From: Octopus vulgaris
Lineage: Eukaryota
Reading direction: 5' to 3'
Assembly (NCBI GenBank): GCA_951406725.2
Contig: OX597817.1
Coordinates: forward strand, 86,862,001-86,926,000
DNA: 64,000 nt
The notes beneath the pieces were generated by a model. It had not been told where the DNA came from and ran no database searches. It saw only the letters and a program-made list of their open reading frames with translations. Within the stretch, counting starts at the first letter, position 1. Each line of letters opens with the position of its first letter. Made by a program: the position numbers and the translations under genes. Below, piece after piece: positions 11,897 through 26,345 of this stretch.

Positions 11897-12689
11897 TGTG
11901 TGTGTATGTGTGTGTGTGTGTATGTGTGTGTGTGTGTGTGTGCGCGTGTATTTGAAAGGCTTAAGTCTAAGAACACTAATATACAACCAAAATAAAGAAC
12001 CCAATACACAGATAACTGGGATAAAATATGTATTTAATAGATTGCTAATAGATAGTAATTCTTTTAAAATTGAAAATGGAAAATTTTTAAGTTATCCTGA
12101 AGATGGAAAATCTAAAAGTATTGAAATGAAAACAAGGAAATATCAAAGACGTAGCTAAGAGTATGGATCAGAAGCGGTGGGGAAAATCATTCTCTGAAAT
12201 AGAAAATGATGGAAAACATCATCGAAAACCTGGTAAAGGAATTTGTAAAGGAATTTAAATTGGTTTGGGGTAATATAAAATGGAAAAAAGACAAAAGAGA
12301 ACGGTATACGTAATGATGAAGTGAATTAAATATATTAAATTAGGAAGTATTAGTTTAAATGATTAATTAAATAAAGAAGCGAATATATAGAATATGTAAA
12401 TTGGATTAAATGAATATAAATATACATTAAGCGTAATAAAATGAGTTGAAATGAGATGAGATAAATTAGGAAAGGTGTTTGATTAAAATATTAGAGAAAG
12501 GTGATCCACTATGAGAAAAATAAATAAACTAGAATTCGTCACGACGTAATAAAAATAAAGTTTTCTGTTTGGTGACACAAAATTGTAGCAAAGCTGCTCT
12601 ACATGCCCATAGTTACAGAATCAAACTTTTCAAGAAAAGCCCCTCTGATTCTCATATGAACCTCCAATTATTAGAAAATTCTATGGAGC

Positions 12690-13020
12690 TTTGACTTACT
12701 GATACACTCCAACTTGTACGGAATAAACCTGACATCACCCTCCTTGACAAAACTGGCTTTAGGCTATTAGTTATCGACATTGCAATAGCAAATAACTGTG
12801 TAGAAGTGAGCCGAAAAGCTAAAGAATTACTTTAACCTAGTTGTTGATCTAAAAATATGATGGCAAGTTTAGGAATGTTCTATTATTCCATTTTCGAATT
12901 GGTACAACTGAAACCCTACATCGCTATTTCTTTAGACACACTGATAAATTACCATTAGTGATGGACATAGACAGGTTCTGAAAAATACCAATACCAGAAA
13001 CTGTGAATACTTTTAGGTCA
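12690..13020 (+). pseudogene. Degenerate restriction-like endonuclease domain of an R4/Dong-type LINE
   Basis: RNKPDITLLDKTGFRLLVIDIAIAN, resembling the PD..D motif of RLE non-LTR elements. Confidence 0.55.
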
Positions 13021-13539
13021 TTCTCTCACGGAAATTTGTTAATTTCGTACTTGTTTATGAACACTAAATTTATTTGTTTACTGTCATCACAATCTTGAAC
13101 GTCTTTGTTAACTATAACATTTTGATTATCTATGAACACTCCGTTAATCTTGAGATCTTTTTGCATGTTCTCTAAAATATACTTAATTATTTTATCAAGA
13201 ACGGAAACTCATTCAAACTAGACTAAATAAAGATAATAAAATAACTCAGAGGACTGTAGATAATCCTAAAATAACAGAAATGCATACCGTCTTATTATTA
13301 AATAGAAATAAACTATGAATAAAGCAGGTCCACAATTGATAAATGAGGATCTGTAAATATTCGAATCCTAAAAACAAACAAACAAAAAATAAAATAAAAC
13401 AATTGATTAAAAGATATAGCACTAAAAAAAGTGGGTAACTTATCCTCCAAAAACAACTTGCAAAAATTCTAAAGATTAACACCAGCAGAAATCAACATAA
13501 ACGTATCGATGTCCACTAAAGTGAAATAAAAAATATGGA

Positions 13540-13755
13540 GTACAAATTTTGCACAAGGCCAGCAATTTGGTGGGAGGGGGCAAGTCGATTACATCGATCC
13601 CATTACTCAACTGGCACTTATTTTATCGACCCCGATAGGATGAAAGACAAAATCGATCTCGGCGGAATTTGAACTCAGAACATGAAGACGGACGGAATGC
13701 CGCTAAGTATTTCGTCCGGCGTGCTAAAAATTCCGTTAACTCGCCATCTTAGCGA
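13540..13755 (-). mobile_element. tRNA-type SINE family B (Meta-domain-like)
   Basis: ttttatcgaccccgataggatgaaagacaaaatcgatctcggcggaatttgaactcagaa; many related copies in the window. Confidence 0.8.
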
Positions 13756-15893
13756 AATTACAAATATTGGGATCTGAAATAGAAGTGAAGTTTAACAAAA
13801 ATAATGACTGGCTAGAAGATAATGTAGTAATAATAGAAATTGTAAAGCCATCTCAAAAATAGAACTAGTTCTACAATATTTGAAACTTACTTGGAACAAC
13901 TTAAAGAATTGGAAAACGGCAATTTGAAAATATTAGGAAATTTTAGCCTAGTAGCAGACAGTACATTATAAAACATTTATTTTCCACGAGAAAAATGAAA
14001 GTATTAATTATCGACACAGCATATCAGAATCAAGTGTCTCTAATGTTTTACAGAAACAAACTGAAAAGCTAAGAAAATACACCGTTTAATTATTAAGTTA
14101 GTTAAGGAATGAATCTATTTGGAGTAGAATATTAACAGAAACCTTTAAGAACAGACATAGATCACATTCCAGTAAATAGCAATTCTAACCTCTGTATGTA
14201 TTGTTATTTAAATGCTGCCCATTCTCACATAGTGTTTGTTAAACTTCAACACTTCTCGGCAGGTTTTTGAGATGCCGCTAATTCTTGTTTTCAAGAAGGA
14301 AAATTTTATGTATTTTTCAAACTATAAATGATAAAGATTAGAATGGCAAACTTTTTCATATAAGAAAAGAGAGATTTATTGCTCAAATTGCAGTAGTGAT
14401 ATTGCAGAATATGTCTTGCAATATATTATATTATTTCATGATAAACGAGGTTATTATAGTCTGTATGATCCCGTTACTTCAAGATTATTGCAATATCTGG
14501 TATCGTTATTACAGATACAAAGAATATGTTTCCATAGGGAAGGAAATAAACCACCCCCTCACTATAATAATGGTTGTTCCTATCTGGTACCAAAAAAGAA
14601 GACTCAATGTCATATCTAGTAAGCGTTTATGAAATTTCTGAAATAATAAAAAAAAAAACTAAACAAATAATTTTGAAAAGAAGAGCAAAAAATGAAAAAA
14701 AAGTTGGTTGGATCTTATGAAGTTTAGAAATTTTGATTAAATTGAAACTAAGGGAAATTTTCAATAAAGCACCATTCTTACTGTTGAATATTCGTCAACT
14801 TTAATATATATATCTTATGTTATAAATACAATTTTAGTTTTTCTGAAATTCCAATAAAGTCAAATCTTTCTTCTTTCTCTCGTTATTTATCTATTTGTGT
14901 CAGAAAAAGACAGACTGAATTTTAAAAAGCAAAAAGTATGATTTATATTCCAGTTTGCAGACACCACTTATCCCAAAAGAAGATGCGTTGTGAGGTTATA
15001 TTATTCAATGTATTTTAGGGTATCAAATTCCTAAATAAGAAAACAGACATAAATAATCAAACAAACAAAAAACGTGGTGATCATTACAGGAACACTTTAT
15101 ATCATAAATCTGCTCATTCAGTGATTATTTGGAGCTAAACAATAATTAAACACTATATAGTGATAATTATTCGCATTTTAGAAATTGTAGCTGGTTTATT
15201 TGATATTACTCTGGAAACCGAATCAACAGGGCTATGTTGAGTTTATGGTCAACTCTATTATAATTATATTTATCTGTAATATAGGTACCCAGAGTAGATA
15301 TATTTCATACTGTAAACGATAGAAACAGTGGTATAATTTACGAGTGTTTCCTTGGCTTCGATATTGAATTAATTTCTGTTTATAGGATGAAATACATTAC
15401 ATCAGTCTTTCAACTGCTTCTGTCTCCACCAATTTAAATAGTGCTCACCATGTTTGAAAATAAAACAAAATGTTTATCCATCCCAGCACGAAAAATGTTG
15501 ATCTCTGATTTTAATAAAGCAATCTTCCTGTGTATACCAGAAGTACTATATGATTGATAATTTAATTTCAATAGCTTCGTGTACTGAGGCTATGAAAAAC
15601 TTAGAATAGATTGAAACAAGAGACCTATGAGTATACAACTTGATTTACTCATTCATTTTGTATTTAGTTTTTATTGGTGGTGGTTGGTCGTGTCAGACTC
15701 CCGATGTGGTAAATAAGAATGGAAATAAAATAAGGTGGATACCTTCCGTCAATTTTAGGCTCTCAAGAAGAGTATAAACTGTATTGCAACATAATAAGAA
15801 TTTCAAATATTTTGCTGTTGTACCCTTGCTTACGTACTTAGAATTTGACTAATTCGGCCGATTAGAGTGAAGTGCCCTGACAAGAGACGCAAC

Positions 15894-15955
<62 letters not shown>

Positions 15956-17073
15956 TGTTAGGCTATAGACCAGCCATCTATCGGTTGTCATATGTCCTAA
16001 TGATCTGGTTACTTGTAACTCACCACTCAGGGATATTCTTTGAAAAATATAAATTTGTCACTGTGATAATGTTTTCTTCTAAGTAATCACTTTCAGTTTT
16101 GTATCTATCAAGACAAACTGCGTTATCAATGTACAGCGAATCTTTACTTATAAATACTTTCTCATGTTTACACAGTATTAAAGTGTATCTCTATAGATTC
16201 CTATGTTATAGCTTACCGTTTCCATCGGCCAACTTAGCAAATCATTCTACACACCGGTTTCCTCCATGTTTCAAGAACACCATCTTTAACCATTCATTGG
16301 TTTAAGTTGATTAGACGCAAGAAAGACTTTTACAGTAGAGCCGTTTTAGTCGATTGAAATGATACAATAAATTACTGGAAATAAGGTGATCAATTACAGA
16401 GATGAAAGCGATTCAATATATTACTGATGTTTATTTAATCCATTACACAAATATATGTCATAGTCACTTCCCGATGAATTTGAAATTAAAACATAAAGAA
16501 CTGAAAATGCATATCTGTCATATAACATTGCTTATAGTTCGTCGGCCGGCAGTCTCCGCCAACTCGCCACCGCCATTGTAAAGTTGATCACCGCTTTGTT
16601 CCCGTCAACCCACGAGCGCTCCCTTTCTATTTCATCTATTATAAACTTCCAATAATTCGAAGTAAATGTTTATCACATTTATCTTATTCGATATCTCAGA
16701 TATTTTATGGATATTTCATCGATGACAGGGATATAATTTCTTTACTTACAGGATCAACAATAGAGATTAACTTTAAAGGAATTATCGTGTTCACCGCACC
16801 TCGATCAATAAAATGGTATCTGAATGGGACTAAAAGTCTTTGATGAGTTGAAAACACAATGTGATCCTCTAGAATATAATAAATCAATAAAGCTGGAAAC
16901 AATAAACGCTGTCCGACTAATTATCTTTGGGTGCTGGGTGTTAATGAATTGATTGGGACAGAATTGCAGTTGAATGCTTCTCAAGCCATCAACTCATCAG
17001 TGCACTTCAACAAAACAATCGTTAATCATATATGACTCCCTTTGTTATTGATGTGGTAGTAGTAGTAGCAGGA

Positions 17074-17104
<31 letters not shown>

Positions 17105-17127
17105 TATCAGCAGCAACAATTGTAGTT

Positions 17128-17184
<57 letters not shown>

Positions 17185-18572
17185 CTGGTAGGTGGAGGAA
17201 GGGGAGGAGGAGGAGGAGAGGAATTGTTGTTGTTGAACCCTCAGGTTAGCTCAGCTATAGACATCTAAGCCATAACCATCTTGTATTCCTTTATTAAGCG
17301 TTGCGTACCTTAGGTTATATTCTCCTTTTTGAAAGATTTTTTTCAGACAGATTGGATTGTTTTTTTCTTAGAAGAATCGAAACTTTTGCTCGCTGACTCA
17401 AACATCGAGCTGAAGCCAGCCATATTACTTAGACAGCAACTGTTAGACAATCTCAGATGGTCAACTGCTTAGAAATATATTCTTAAATTCTTTGTAATTC
17501 CAGGCGTATTCTTGACTCATTCCTTTATAAATATATTTCAATGACTCTATTTTTCAGAGAAAGGCTAAAATTTAGGTTTAGCATCGACAAAATGCTTCAT
17601 GAGATCCTATATGACCGGATGTAATTAATGTTAGGTATTTAGTTCTGCTTTCTACCTTTCTGCTACTCAACATCCAATATACAATGTTCACACTATCTCT
17701 TACTTTTGATAAATGTGATACTTGTTAAGACTTAAAATAAAATATCAGATAGAATATGTAGCTTTGAAGAGAATTATAAACGCAGAGGCTGGGTTGGGAG
17801 ATGAGGATTAGTGAGAGTTTATATCAATTAATATCAACATAAAATAGGAACAAGATACACCATTAATCTGTTAGAAAATGCTTGAAAACTTAGTGTGTCG
17901 CAAAATTTGACTGATTTCTATGATATTTTAATTAGAGAGAAAAACAATTAAATGAGAAATAAAGACTTTATCTTTAAAATTATCAGTCTCATTATCAAAC
18001 TGTCTAGGAACTAATTTCGAATTAGCTTTAATGCAGAAATTCAGAAGACAAAATTTTAACAACCTAGTCTCTGTTCACTGATCCGAGTCAAACCTCCTAA
18101 AATTATCACTTTGAAAATTAAACAGTATTTTGAGAGCAAAAAATTGATTTTTATTTCCATGGTTACATATAAAGCTACTTCTCGTAACACCTAGACTCTG
18201 CATCGACAACAGATTCGCTTCTTATTTCTTCTGTCTTCCGTTTTTGCTTGTTGCTGAGATTCTCGTGTTTTGACAACACCAGAAACTGGACAGCAAATCT
18301 TATTATTTACAGCCTTAGAAATAAATACCTCATCCACATAGCACCTCCTTACCCCTACTTATTTACAACTGCCATTCACTTACACGTAGACAGTGACACT
18401 CACACACTCAATTTATACCCTATATATTTTTAAATGTGTGTGTGTGTGTGTGTGTGTATTTAGATGTTACTCTAAGTCAAGATAAGCATGATTTAGAATA
18501 TTTTTCTCGCCTTGCATACTTACGCGCTCACACAAATCCATATATGTACATATATGTATAAGTGTATTTATG

Positions 18573-18639
<67 letters not shown>

Positions 18640-18663
18640 GTATATATATATGTATATATATAT

Positions 18664-18730
<67 letters not shown>

Positions 18731-19469
18731 ATACATACATATATATATATGTACATATGCATATGTGTGTTTATGGATGTATATATATTGTATATGTACA
18801 TATGTATATGTGTTTGTGTGCATATATATATATGTGTGTATATACATGTATATATATATATACAAACACGCATATGCGCATAATATATACACACACATAA
18901 ACACACATATGCATATGTACACACACACACACACACACATATACATATGTACATATGTGTATATGTGCGTATAAGTATGCAAAGCGAGGAAAGTATTTTT
19001 GTTGAAATAAATATGTACTAGACCATGCTTATCTATATATAGATATTTGTAAATATGAATGTATATAGGTATGTATGTAGCTATAGGCGTGCGTGCGTAT
19101 GCGTGTATAGGCGCATTTTGGCGATATAGGTAAGAAGTTCGTCTCACAATGACGAGGTCCGGCTCTGATAACATTACATGGCATCTTCGGCAAACATTTT
19201 CTATAGCCACGAGTCGATCCATACGTTGTGAGGGAAATATATAGCGAGACTTAAACTGTCGGATGGATTATAACCAATAAGTCAAAACTCCAAGTTTGTC
19301 ACTCACTGTGTTGTAGTAATTCTGCCTGGTAAGTGCATTAAGGGTGCATGTGTCTCGGAAATGCTCAGTCACTTATATATTAATTCAGGAGCAGGTAATC
19401 CACAAGGAGTGATCATGATAATGAGTGATGTCACTTCTGTTCCGCTTAATATTATTAACTAGAAATGAA

Positions 19470-20135
19470 GAGAGCTGGCAGAACCGTTAGCGTACCTGGC
19501 AGAATGTTTAGCGGCATTTCATTCGACTTTACGTTCTGTGTTCAAATTCCGTCGAGGTCGACTTTGCCTTTCATCCTTTTGGATCGTTAAAGTAAGTATT
19601 AGATAAATACCTGGGTCGATGAAATCGACTAGCCACGCCTATGGTTGAAAGGATTGCTAACCAGAGATAGAAGTATGTGGTACAACACCCTCAGGAGGAA
19701 CTGTAATACCCACTTCTCTCAACTTATCCTGCAGCAGCCCTGTATATTCTTTTCTACTCTAGGCACAAGACTCGAAATTTTTGGGGAGAAGGGCAGTCGA
19801 TTAAATCGACCCCAGTACGCAACTGGTACTTAATTTATCAACCCGAAAGGATGTCGACTTTGCCGGAATTTGAACTCAGAATGTATAGACAGAAGAAATA
19901 TATATTTCTTTACTACCCACAAGGGGCTAAACACAGAGGGGACAAACAAGGACAGATAAAGGGATTAAGTCAATTACATCGACCCCAGTGCGTAACTGGT
20001 ACTTAATTTATCGACCTCGAAAGAATGAAAGGCAAAGTCGACCTCGGCGGAATTTGAACTCACAACGTAACGGCAGACGAAATACCGCTAAGCATTTCGC
20101 TCGGCGCACTAACGTTTCTGCCAGCTCGCCGCCTT
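19470..20135. mobile_element. Cluster of SINE family B copies: one plus (19470-19640) and two minus (19750-20135)
   Basis: gagctggcagaaccgttagc..gttcaaattcc..gtcgactttgcctttcatcc and its reverse complements. Confidence 0.8.
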
Positions 20136-20934
20136 GACCATGCTCTTTAGTTATTCACTCGTAGTTATTTACACATAACTTCAGCATGACGAATTTCTTT
20201 GCTCATTATATCTCACCTACATTTGCTATTCTGATAAGATAGGTATTTGTTCTGCATCCGTCCAATTAGAGCTCATGTGTCTTGCACTCACCTATGACAA
20301 CTTTGAATTTTTTGCTGTGGCCTTTGATATTTTAGCAGCTTTTTCTTACGTGACATTTCCTTCTTGTCAACAGTATTGGCTGAATCGTACGAACAATAGA
20401 ATCTATCGAACCTCATAGCATTTGCTTCTTTCTACTCCTCCAGCAGCATCACGACAGGCACTTGTGCTTTTGCTGTGACAGTTTCCAGTCTAGTCCCTGT
20501 AAAGCTACGCTCTTAGAATCTTGCTAGCACTCTTTTCCATTTTTCCACGCTTGGTAATGGTATTTCATGAACTTTAGTAAACACTGGAAACAGCTAGGAT
20601 TTTGAGATTGGTACTTGGATGTTGAATGCCTCCCACGATTATTAACAACCAAGTATCAAAGCTTATAATGTGTGAAAAGAGACACTGTGAGAACTCTGAC
20701 AGCAGACTACTGTCCACTCTCACAGAATCTACCAGAACAAACAAGACCGAATTTTCTGAGAAGTAAAACAAAATAATAATAACAACAACAACAACAACAA
20801 CAACAACGATGATGATGATAATGATGATGATGATGACAATAGTAATAATAATAACCAAAACTGAATGTTGTAGATATTGCTACGAGAATTGGACGAAGAA
20901 ATGAAAGAGTAAGTATAATGTTTACGAGAGATCT

Positions 20935-21500
20935 TTCCGCTAATAGAAGAATCTATAATTTAACAACATTTGATGAAGTGGCAATAGCTTTCAGTAATGC
21001 ACATGGTATGTCACTGACACTTCAGTATTTATCCAAGAAATCCAGAAGTAGCTTTCAAAACTTAATAAGTCCAAATCTCAACCCAATGACACTTGCCGTA
21101 TTTTATTAGAGTGAAGAAACAGGTTGATTATATGATTGGCCAGTAGCTGAAAGAAAGGATGATGATTAAAGTAAGATTACAATGATGCAACACAAAATAT
21201 TGCAAACGAAAGTCAGAGCTGGATTCTTTTTTACACAGCAGAGCGGCAAATTATGTCAACAGTAGGGCGAAGAATTGAAAATATATCAGTTAACACCAGG
21301 GACAGTTGAAGACAGAAGATTACGTAGGATTACTGATAGCTTTACAAATGCTGCGAATAATGGTGAGACACAAGTTCGATGTAAAGTGATATCGTTATCA
21401 TCATTGCAAGAGTTAAGAAAGAGGTCACAATGTAATATGAAAGAGCGTTACCACAATACAGTGATATGGTATCAGATTATGAGGAAGCTTCCAATAAGTA
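20935..21500 (+). pseudogene. Degenerate Helitron Rep N-terminal region
   Basis: RRIYNLTTFDEVAIAF..ISPNLNPMT..VEDRRL..KVISLSSLQ..SQCNMKERYHN parallels Helitron RRYN.PT.DEVA, DPM.YPLL, E..RL and VILPSSF.GSPR.M...YQDA. Confidence 0.6.
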
Positions 21501-22899
21501 ACTCTAGTCTGAAATTCTATCCTCTTATGCATGTTGTACAAAATAACAACAACATGGAAACATGGAATACATGGATGGAGACAAAGAATCCTAGAATATC
21601 TGTAGGTTATCCAAAACAAACTAAGAGAATTTACTTTTGATTGTCAAAAACAAATCACTTTTGCCGGTCCAAAATTCCGCAGATCATCGTGATTAGTAGT
21701 TTTAATATATAGAAGCTGAAATTTATTACATTAATACAGCTCTACGAATCCACTTTCGGAACTGGCCAGATATTCTCTTATTTGACTGAATTAAAAAAAA
21801 CCGAAAAATTCAATGATATTCTTTTATTCTACTGAATAACAAAAGAAACAAAAGACTTCAATGACTTCAAGGAAACTGATAAAATTGTGTTTGCGTGTGT
21901 GAATGAGCGTGTCTTTGTATACTTGTATTTTGTGTATGAATGTGCGAGTCTTTGTCTGTGTATGTGCGAGGTGTGTATAGAGCTTCCAAACCTAATAACA
22001 GAGTCAACCCTCTACAATATTAAAAAACAGAAACGTTAGATCCTTGTCTTGAGCAAATTTAAATCCATCTTTTTTTTTATCGAAATGACTATATTATAAC
22101 AATGTTTGTCAAGTTGGTAACCGAAATTACCATACGACAAATATCTCGCCTACAAGAACTGTCACCTCAATTCAGAAGTTTTCTCTTCAAATAACTGTGT
22201 GAATATATAATGGGTATGACTACGCTCACAATTGCATTGGTTTTGTTCATGATAAAACAACACAGTACATAGATTATTGTTTCAGCTCACCAGAAACTAT
22301 GTAGAGCGTTCTGGAATACTAAATGCATGTTAAATCCCAGTATAGCTTGAACATAAATAGCCTCTTTACTAGCAAAATGATCTCGAAAGGCTCGTGGGGC
22401 ATGTTCATTCAAAATGACCAGGATAGATGCGTACTTCCCATGATATGGTTCAGACTAAATAAGAATGATGAGCCCCATGTAATGCAGCACGACCGTTTTC
22501 TATGTAAAGGAAGCGTTTTCTTATAATCCCTTCATTTGTGTTGGCTATTACTAAGTCACAAGATTAATTAGGTCATACGATAATGCATATTGGCCGAAGC
22601 CTATATATTGCCATGGCTCACCCTATGGAACTTTACTATCTAACTGAAGGTTACTACGGAGTGTGTTTTTACTTTTTAAAACATACACACACGCACACAC
22701 ATACAGCACACACACACGCACGCACACATGTCTATTGTAGGCTTTGTAACAACATAGTTTCCGGTTCAATTACCATACGCAGCTCCTTGGAGAAGTCTTC
22801 TAATATAGCCCCGGGCTGATCAATGCATTACGAGTGAATTTGGTTGACCGTAGCTGTTAGGATTCAAGTAATATATATATATATATATGATAGCCATGA

Positions 22900-23080
22900 T
22901 AGATCGCTAGCCACTACACATTCCTTATTTTCTCTCCTTGTTTCTTTCTGTATTCCTTTCTGTGGAAGAGCGTAGGCTCGAAACTTTAAAGACTTTTACA
23001 CTTCCCGAGCGTTAAACTAATACATCTGTTTGTTGTCTACACCACCTGTCTTCGTATTTTGTCTTTTTTGTGAATTCTCT

Positions 23081-23083
<3 letters not shown>
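22900..23083 (+). mobile_element. Solo 3' end (pLTR) of the Penelope element at 24470-25740, within (TA)n
   Basis: Reverse-complement match to 24470-24650; includes cttt CTGTGGA agagc-gtag-gctc GAAA at 22956-22991. Confidence 0.75.
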
Positions 23084-23157
<74 letters not shown>

Positions 23158-23392
23158 TATATGTATATATTTCAACATAATAAAATAGGGTAATAATAAA
23201 TTATTATTACCAGTGGCCTAGCACAAAAAACGAATTAGTCATTAGACTATATATTATTCATATAGAAATACAATAAGAGGCTTCCAAATAGGAAAGCGTT
23301 GTGCTAGAAAGAGCAGTAGAAATCTCAAGACCACAAAAAGGATAAATTCACGAAAAGAATGAAAATTAAAAACGTTTACCGTCTCAACTATT

Positions 23393-23462
23393 TCCCAGAC
23401 CGGGGTTTCTAACTATTTTCAGCAAAAAAATATTCGCTGAAGGCCAGTTTTCTTCAGTGGGA
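23393..23462 (-). ncRNA. Type I hammerhead ribozyme
   Basis: Minus strand: tccca CTGAAGA aaact..ttcagc-loop-gctgaa..agtta GAAA ccccgg TC tggga. Sits in a TA-flanked insert at about 23170-23566. Confidence 0.8.
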
Positions 23463-23581
23463 CAGCCTTTAGATTTCAGACATACAAACATACAGACCGG
23501 TCTGCAAAATATGCCTGGGGAATTCTAACGGTAGAGCTGTTTTCTATTAGTTAATTTGGGGTAACGTATATATATATATAT

Positions 23582-23935
23582 GAGGAGGATGAGGATGAGG
23601 AGACCCCCGTCGGTCATGAATGACCATAGGATTGCACCTAGAAAGTTACCCTCCAAGGTACAAGTCCGTGCAAGGTTGTTTGCGGAAGGCCAGCAGTCGT
23701 CCATGCATACTGGCCTGCCGTCTCCACACCACTGATGTTATCCAAAGGAAAGGCAAGGCCGATACAGCTTGGCATCAGTGATGTCGCAACTCATTTCTAC
23801 AGCTGAGTTAACTGGAGCAACGTGAAATAAAGTGTCTTGCTCAAGAACACAACACGCAGCCCGGTCCGAGAATCGAACTCACAACCTCACGATCGTAACC
23901 TCGATGCTCTAACCACTGAGTCATGCGCCTTCACT
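23582..23935 (-). mobile_element. tRNA-type CORE-like SINE (family C)
   Basis: Minus strand gaaggcgcatgactcagtggttagagc..gagttcgattctc..gttgtgttcttgagcaagacactttatttcacgttgctccag; related copies at 34930-35150, 42080-42350 and 42470-42715. Confidence 0.8.
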
Positions 23936-24240
23936 GTATATATGTGTGTGTGTGTGTGGTACTCCGCCGATACGACGATGAGGTGCCTAGTTCACTGGTG
24001 ACCTAAACGAATAGGTGCGCTGCATAAGTGCTATAATTGTTTAACTGTTAGATTCCAAGTTCACAGCTGAGGCAGTAGTTAGGGATCTGTAACAGGCTTC
24101 ACAGTTAGCAGATATATATTAGAGGAAAAAGTATAACAAAACAAGGTTTTGTTGTCCTTTTTCCTCTAACACACACACACATACACATGCGTATTTACAT
24201 ACTTATACATATATTTATATATGTATATATATTCATATAA

Positions 24241-24311
<71 letters not shown>

Positions 24312-24469
24312 CGTATATATATGTATATACATATATATGTATATACATATATATATATATATATACATACATATATATACACACACATACACACACAAAC
24401 ACACGCACACACACATACACACACACATACATATATATATACATACATACAAACATAAATACATATATA

Positions 24470-25740
24470 CACAGGGAGAATTCACAAAATAACAAAAGAC
24501 GAAGACGGGTGGTGTAGACAAAAAACAGATGTATTTATTTAACACTCGGGAAGTGAAAAAATCTTTAGCGTTTCGAGTCTACGCTCTTCCACAGAAAGGA
24601 ACACAGAAAGAAACAAAGAGAGAAAATAAGGAATGTGTAGTGGCGAATGCCGGACAGAAGGGTCACACAGGAGAGCTAGGGAGACGGGGAGATAATAAAG
24701 TAGTGGCGATCTCAAAACAAAGGTGCGCGTGCGAGTGTATAAGAGAGCATGTATGTGCGTGTGGAAGAGGGCTGGTGATCTTGACGTGTGCGTGTGTGTA
24801 TGTGTAGGTGTGAAAATGTGGAGATGGGAATTGGTCAGTGCTGGTGTGTGAGTGGTGGTATGTTGTGATATGATGCGTTGTGTGGTATGGTGGTGTATGG
24901 TGTAGTGGTGTGTGGTGTGGTGTGATGGTGTTTGGGAAGTGGAGGAGCCAAGAGTGGGGAAAGCAAGGGTGGGGTGTGGGTGAGGCTGAGGGTGAGGTAG
25001 AGGTGTGGTAAGTGGGTAGGCGTAGGGTGGGGTAGAGCTGGGGTATGTAGGAGTGGGTGTCAGGGATGGGGAAGGATAGGGAATGTGGGGTGGAATGTAT
25101 AGGGGTGCGATGGGCTTACGAGGGAGGGGTGACGATGAAGGGGAAGGTGGGTAGGAGTGAAGAGAAGAGAGAAGAACAGTAGGAGTGAAGAGAAGTCGGA
25201 GCAAGAGAGGTAGGTGGGAAGAAGTAGGTGTGTGGGGAAGAGAGGCGAGAGGAGGAGTTTAAATGAAGAGGGGAGGAGAGTTGAGCCCATGTGGGGCAAA
25301 AGAGCGCAGAGAGAAGATTAATCCCTGTTCACGGCGCAAACGGGAGTCTGGAGGTTCCCTGTGCACGGACAATCCGAACACGGACAGATGTTGCAAAGAG
25401 TGACCGGTAGAGTGGAAATGGCACGAGACCGGGGTGTCATTGTCGAGTCGGATGTCTCGGAGTTGTTCCGCGAACCGGTCAGCCAAGCGGCGTCCCGTTT
25501 GCCGGATATATAGAGAAGGGCAGAGAGAGAGCAGGAGATGAAGTAGATGATATTGGTAGAAGTGCAGGTGAAGGAGTTGGTGATGTGATAGGGTCGATGA
25601 TTGGTGCCGGTCAGGAGGGTGGTGTCGGAGAGGTAAGGGCAAGTGCGGCATCGTGGGCGGGAGCAGGGGAAGGAGTCGGGCTGGGAAGTTGGGTTACGGA
25701 AGAAGCTGTGAACCAAGAGGTTTCGTAGGTTGTAGGCGCG
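24470..25740 (-). mobile_element. 5'-truncated Penelope-like element (Neptune-type) with frameshifted GIY-YIG endonuclease and 3' pLTR
   Basis: NLRNLLVHS..CSRPRCRTC..FTCTSTNIIYFISC/CPSLYIRQTGRRLADRFAEQ..VSCHF..RLRREQGLIFSLRSFAPHGLN at 25259-25740; hammerhead-like motif at 24563-24598. Confidence 0.9.
24563..24598 (-). ncRNA. Hammerhead-like motif with atypical CUGUGGA core
   Basis: Minus strand: cttt CTGTGGA agagcgtagactc GAAA cgct aaag; same core in the copy at 22956-22991. Confidence 0.5.
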
Positions 25741-25769
25741 TTATATACATATACACATATCTATCTATC

Positions 25770-25887
<118 letters not shown>

Positions 25888-26003
25888 AAATTCAACAAAA
25901 CCTGTTACTCTGAGTTTCCCGGTGCCGTTCATCGGACAGTTTTAGCAAAAACTGTCCGATGAACGGCAACGGGAAACTCAGAGTAACAGGTTTTGTTGAA
26001 TTT
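25888..26003. ncRNA. Near-perfect 116-bp palindrome of two inverted hammerheads (CCGAUGA core)
   Basis: Plus 25952-25989: ctgt CCGATGA acg-gcaa-cgg GAAA ctc-a-gag TA acag; mirror copy on minus at 25902-25939. Confidence 0.8.
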
Positions 26004-26103
26004 CCTGCTGCTTTAAATAAGGCATATTACTCTACCACTGGTATTTGAGTACTCTTTTTTCCACCTTGTTTCACATTTATGTGTTTACTCCGGTATATGT
26101 ATG

Positions 26104-26217
<114 letters not shown>

Positions 26218-26306
26218 TATGTATATATAAATATATATATATATACATGCATACATACATACATACATACATATATATATATATATATGTGTGTGTGCAT
26301 GCGTGC

Positions 26307-26345
<39 letters not shown>

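Noticed and set aside
14200-18450. Repeat-poor stretch that might hold host exons
   Set aside because: No convincing ORF or paired splice sites by eye. Small exons cannot be excluded without RNA-seq.
23860-23935. tRNA-like sequence with A and B boxes
   Set aside because: It continues into a CORE-like SINE body, so it is a SINE head and not a tRNA gene. The same applies to families A and B.
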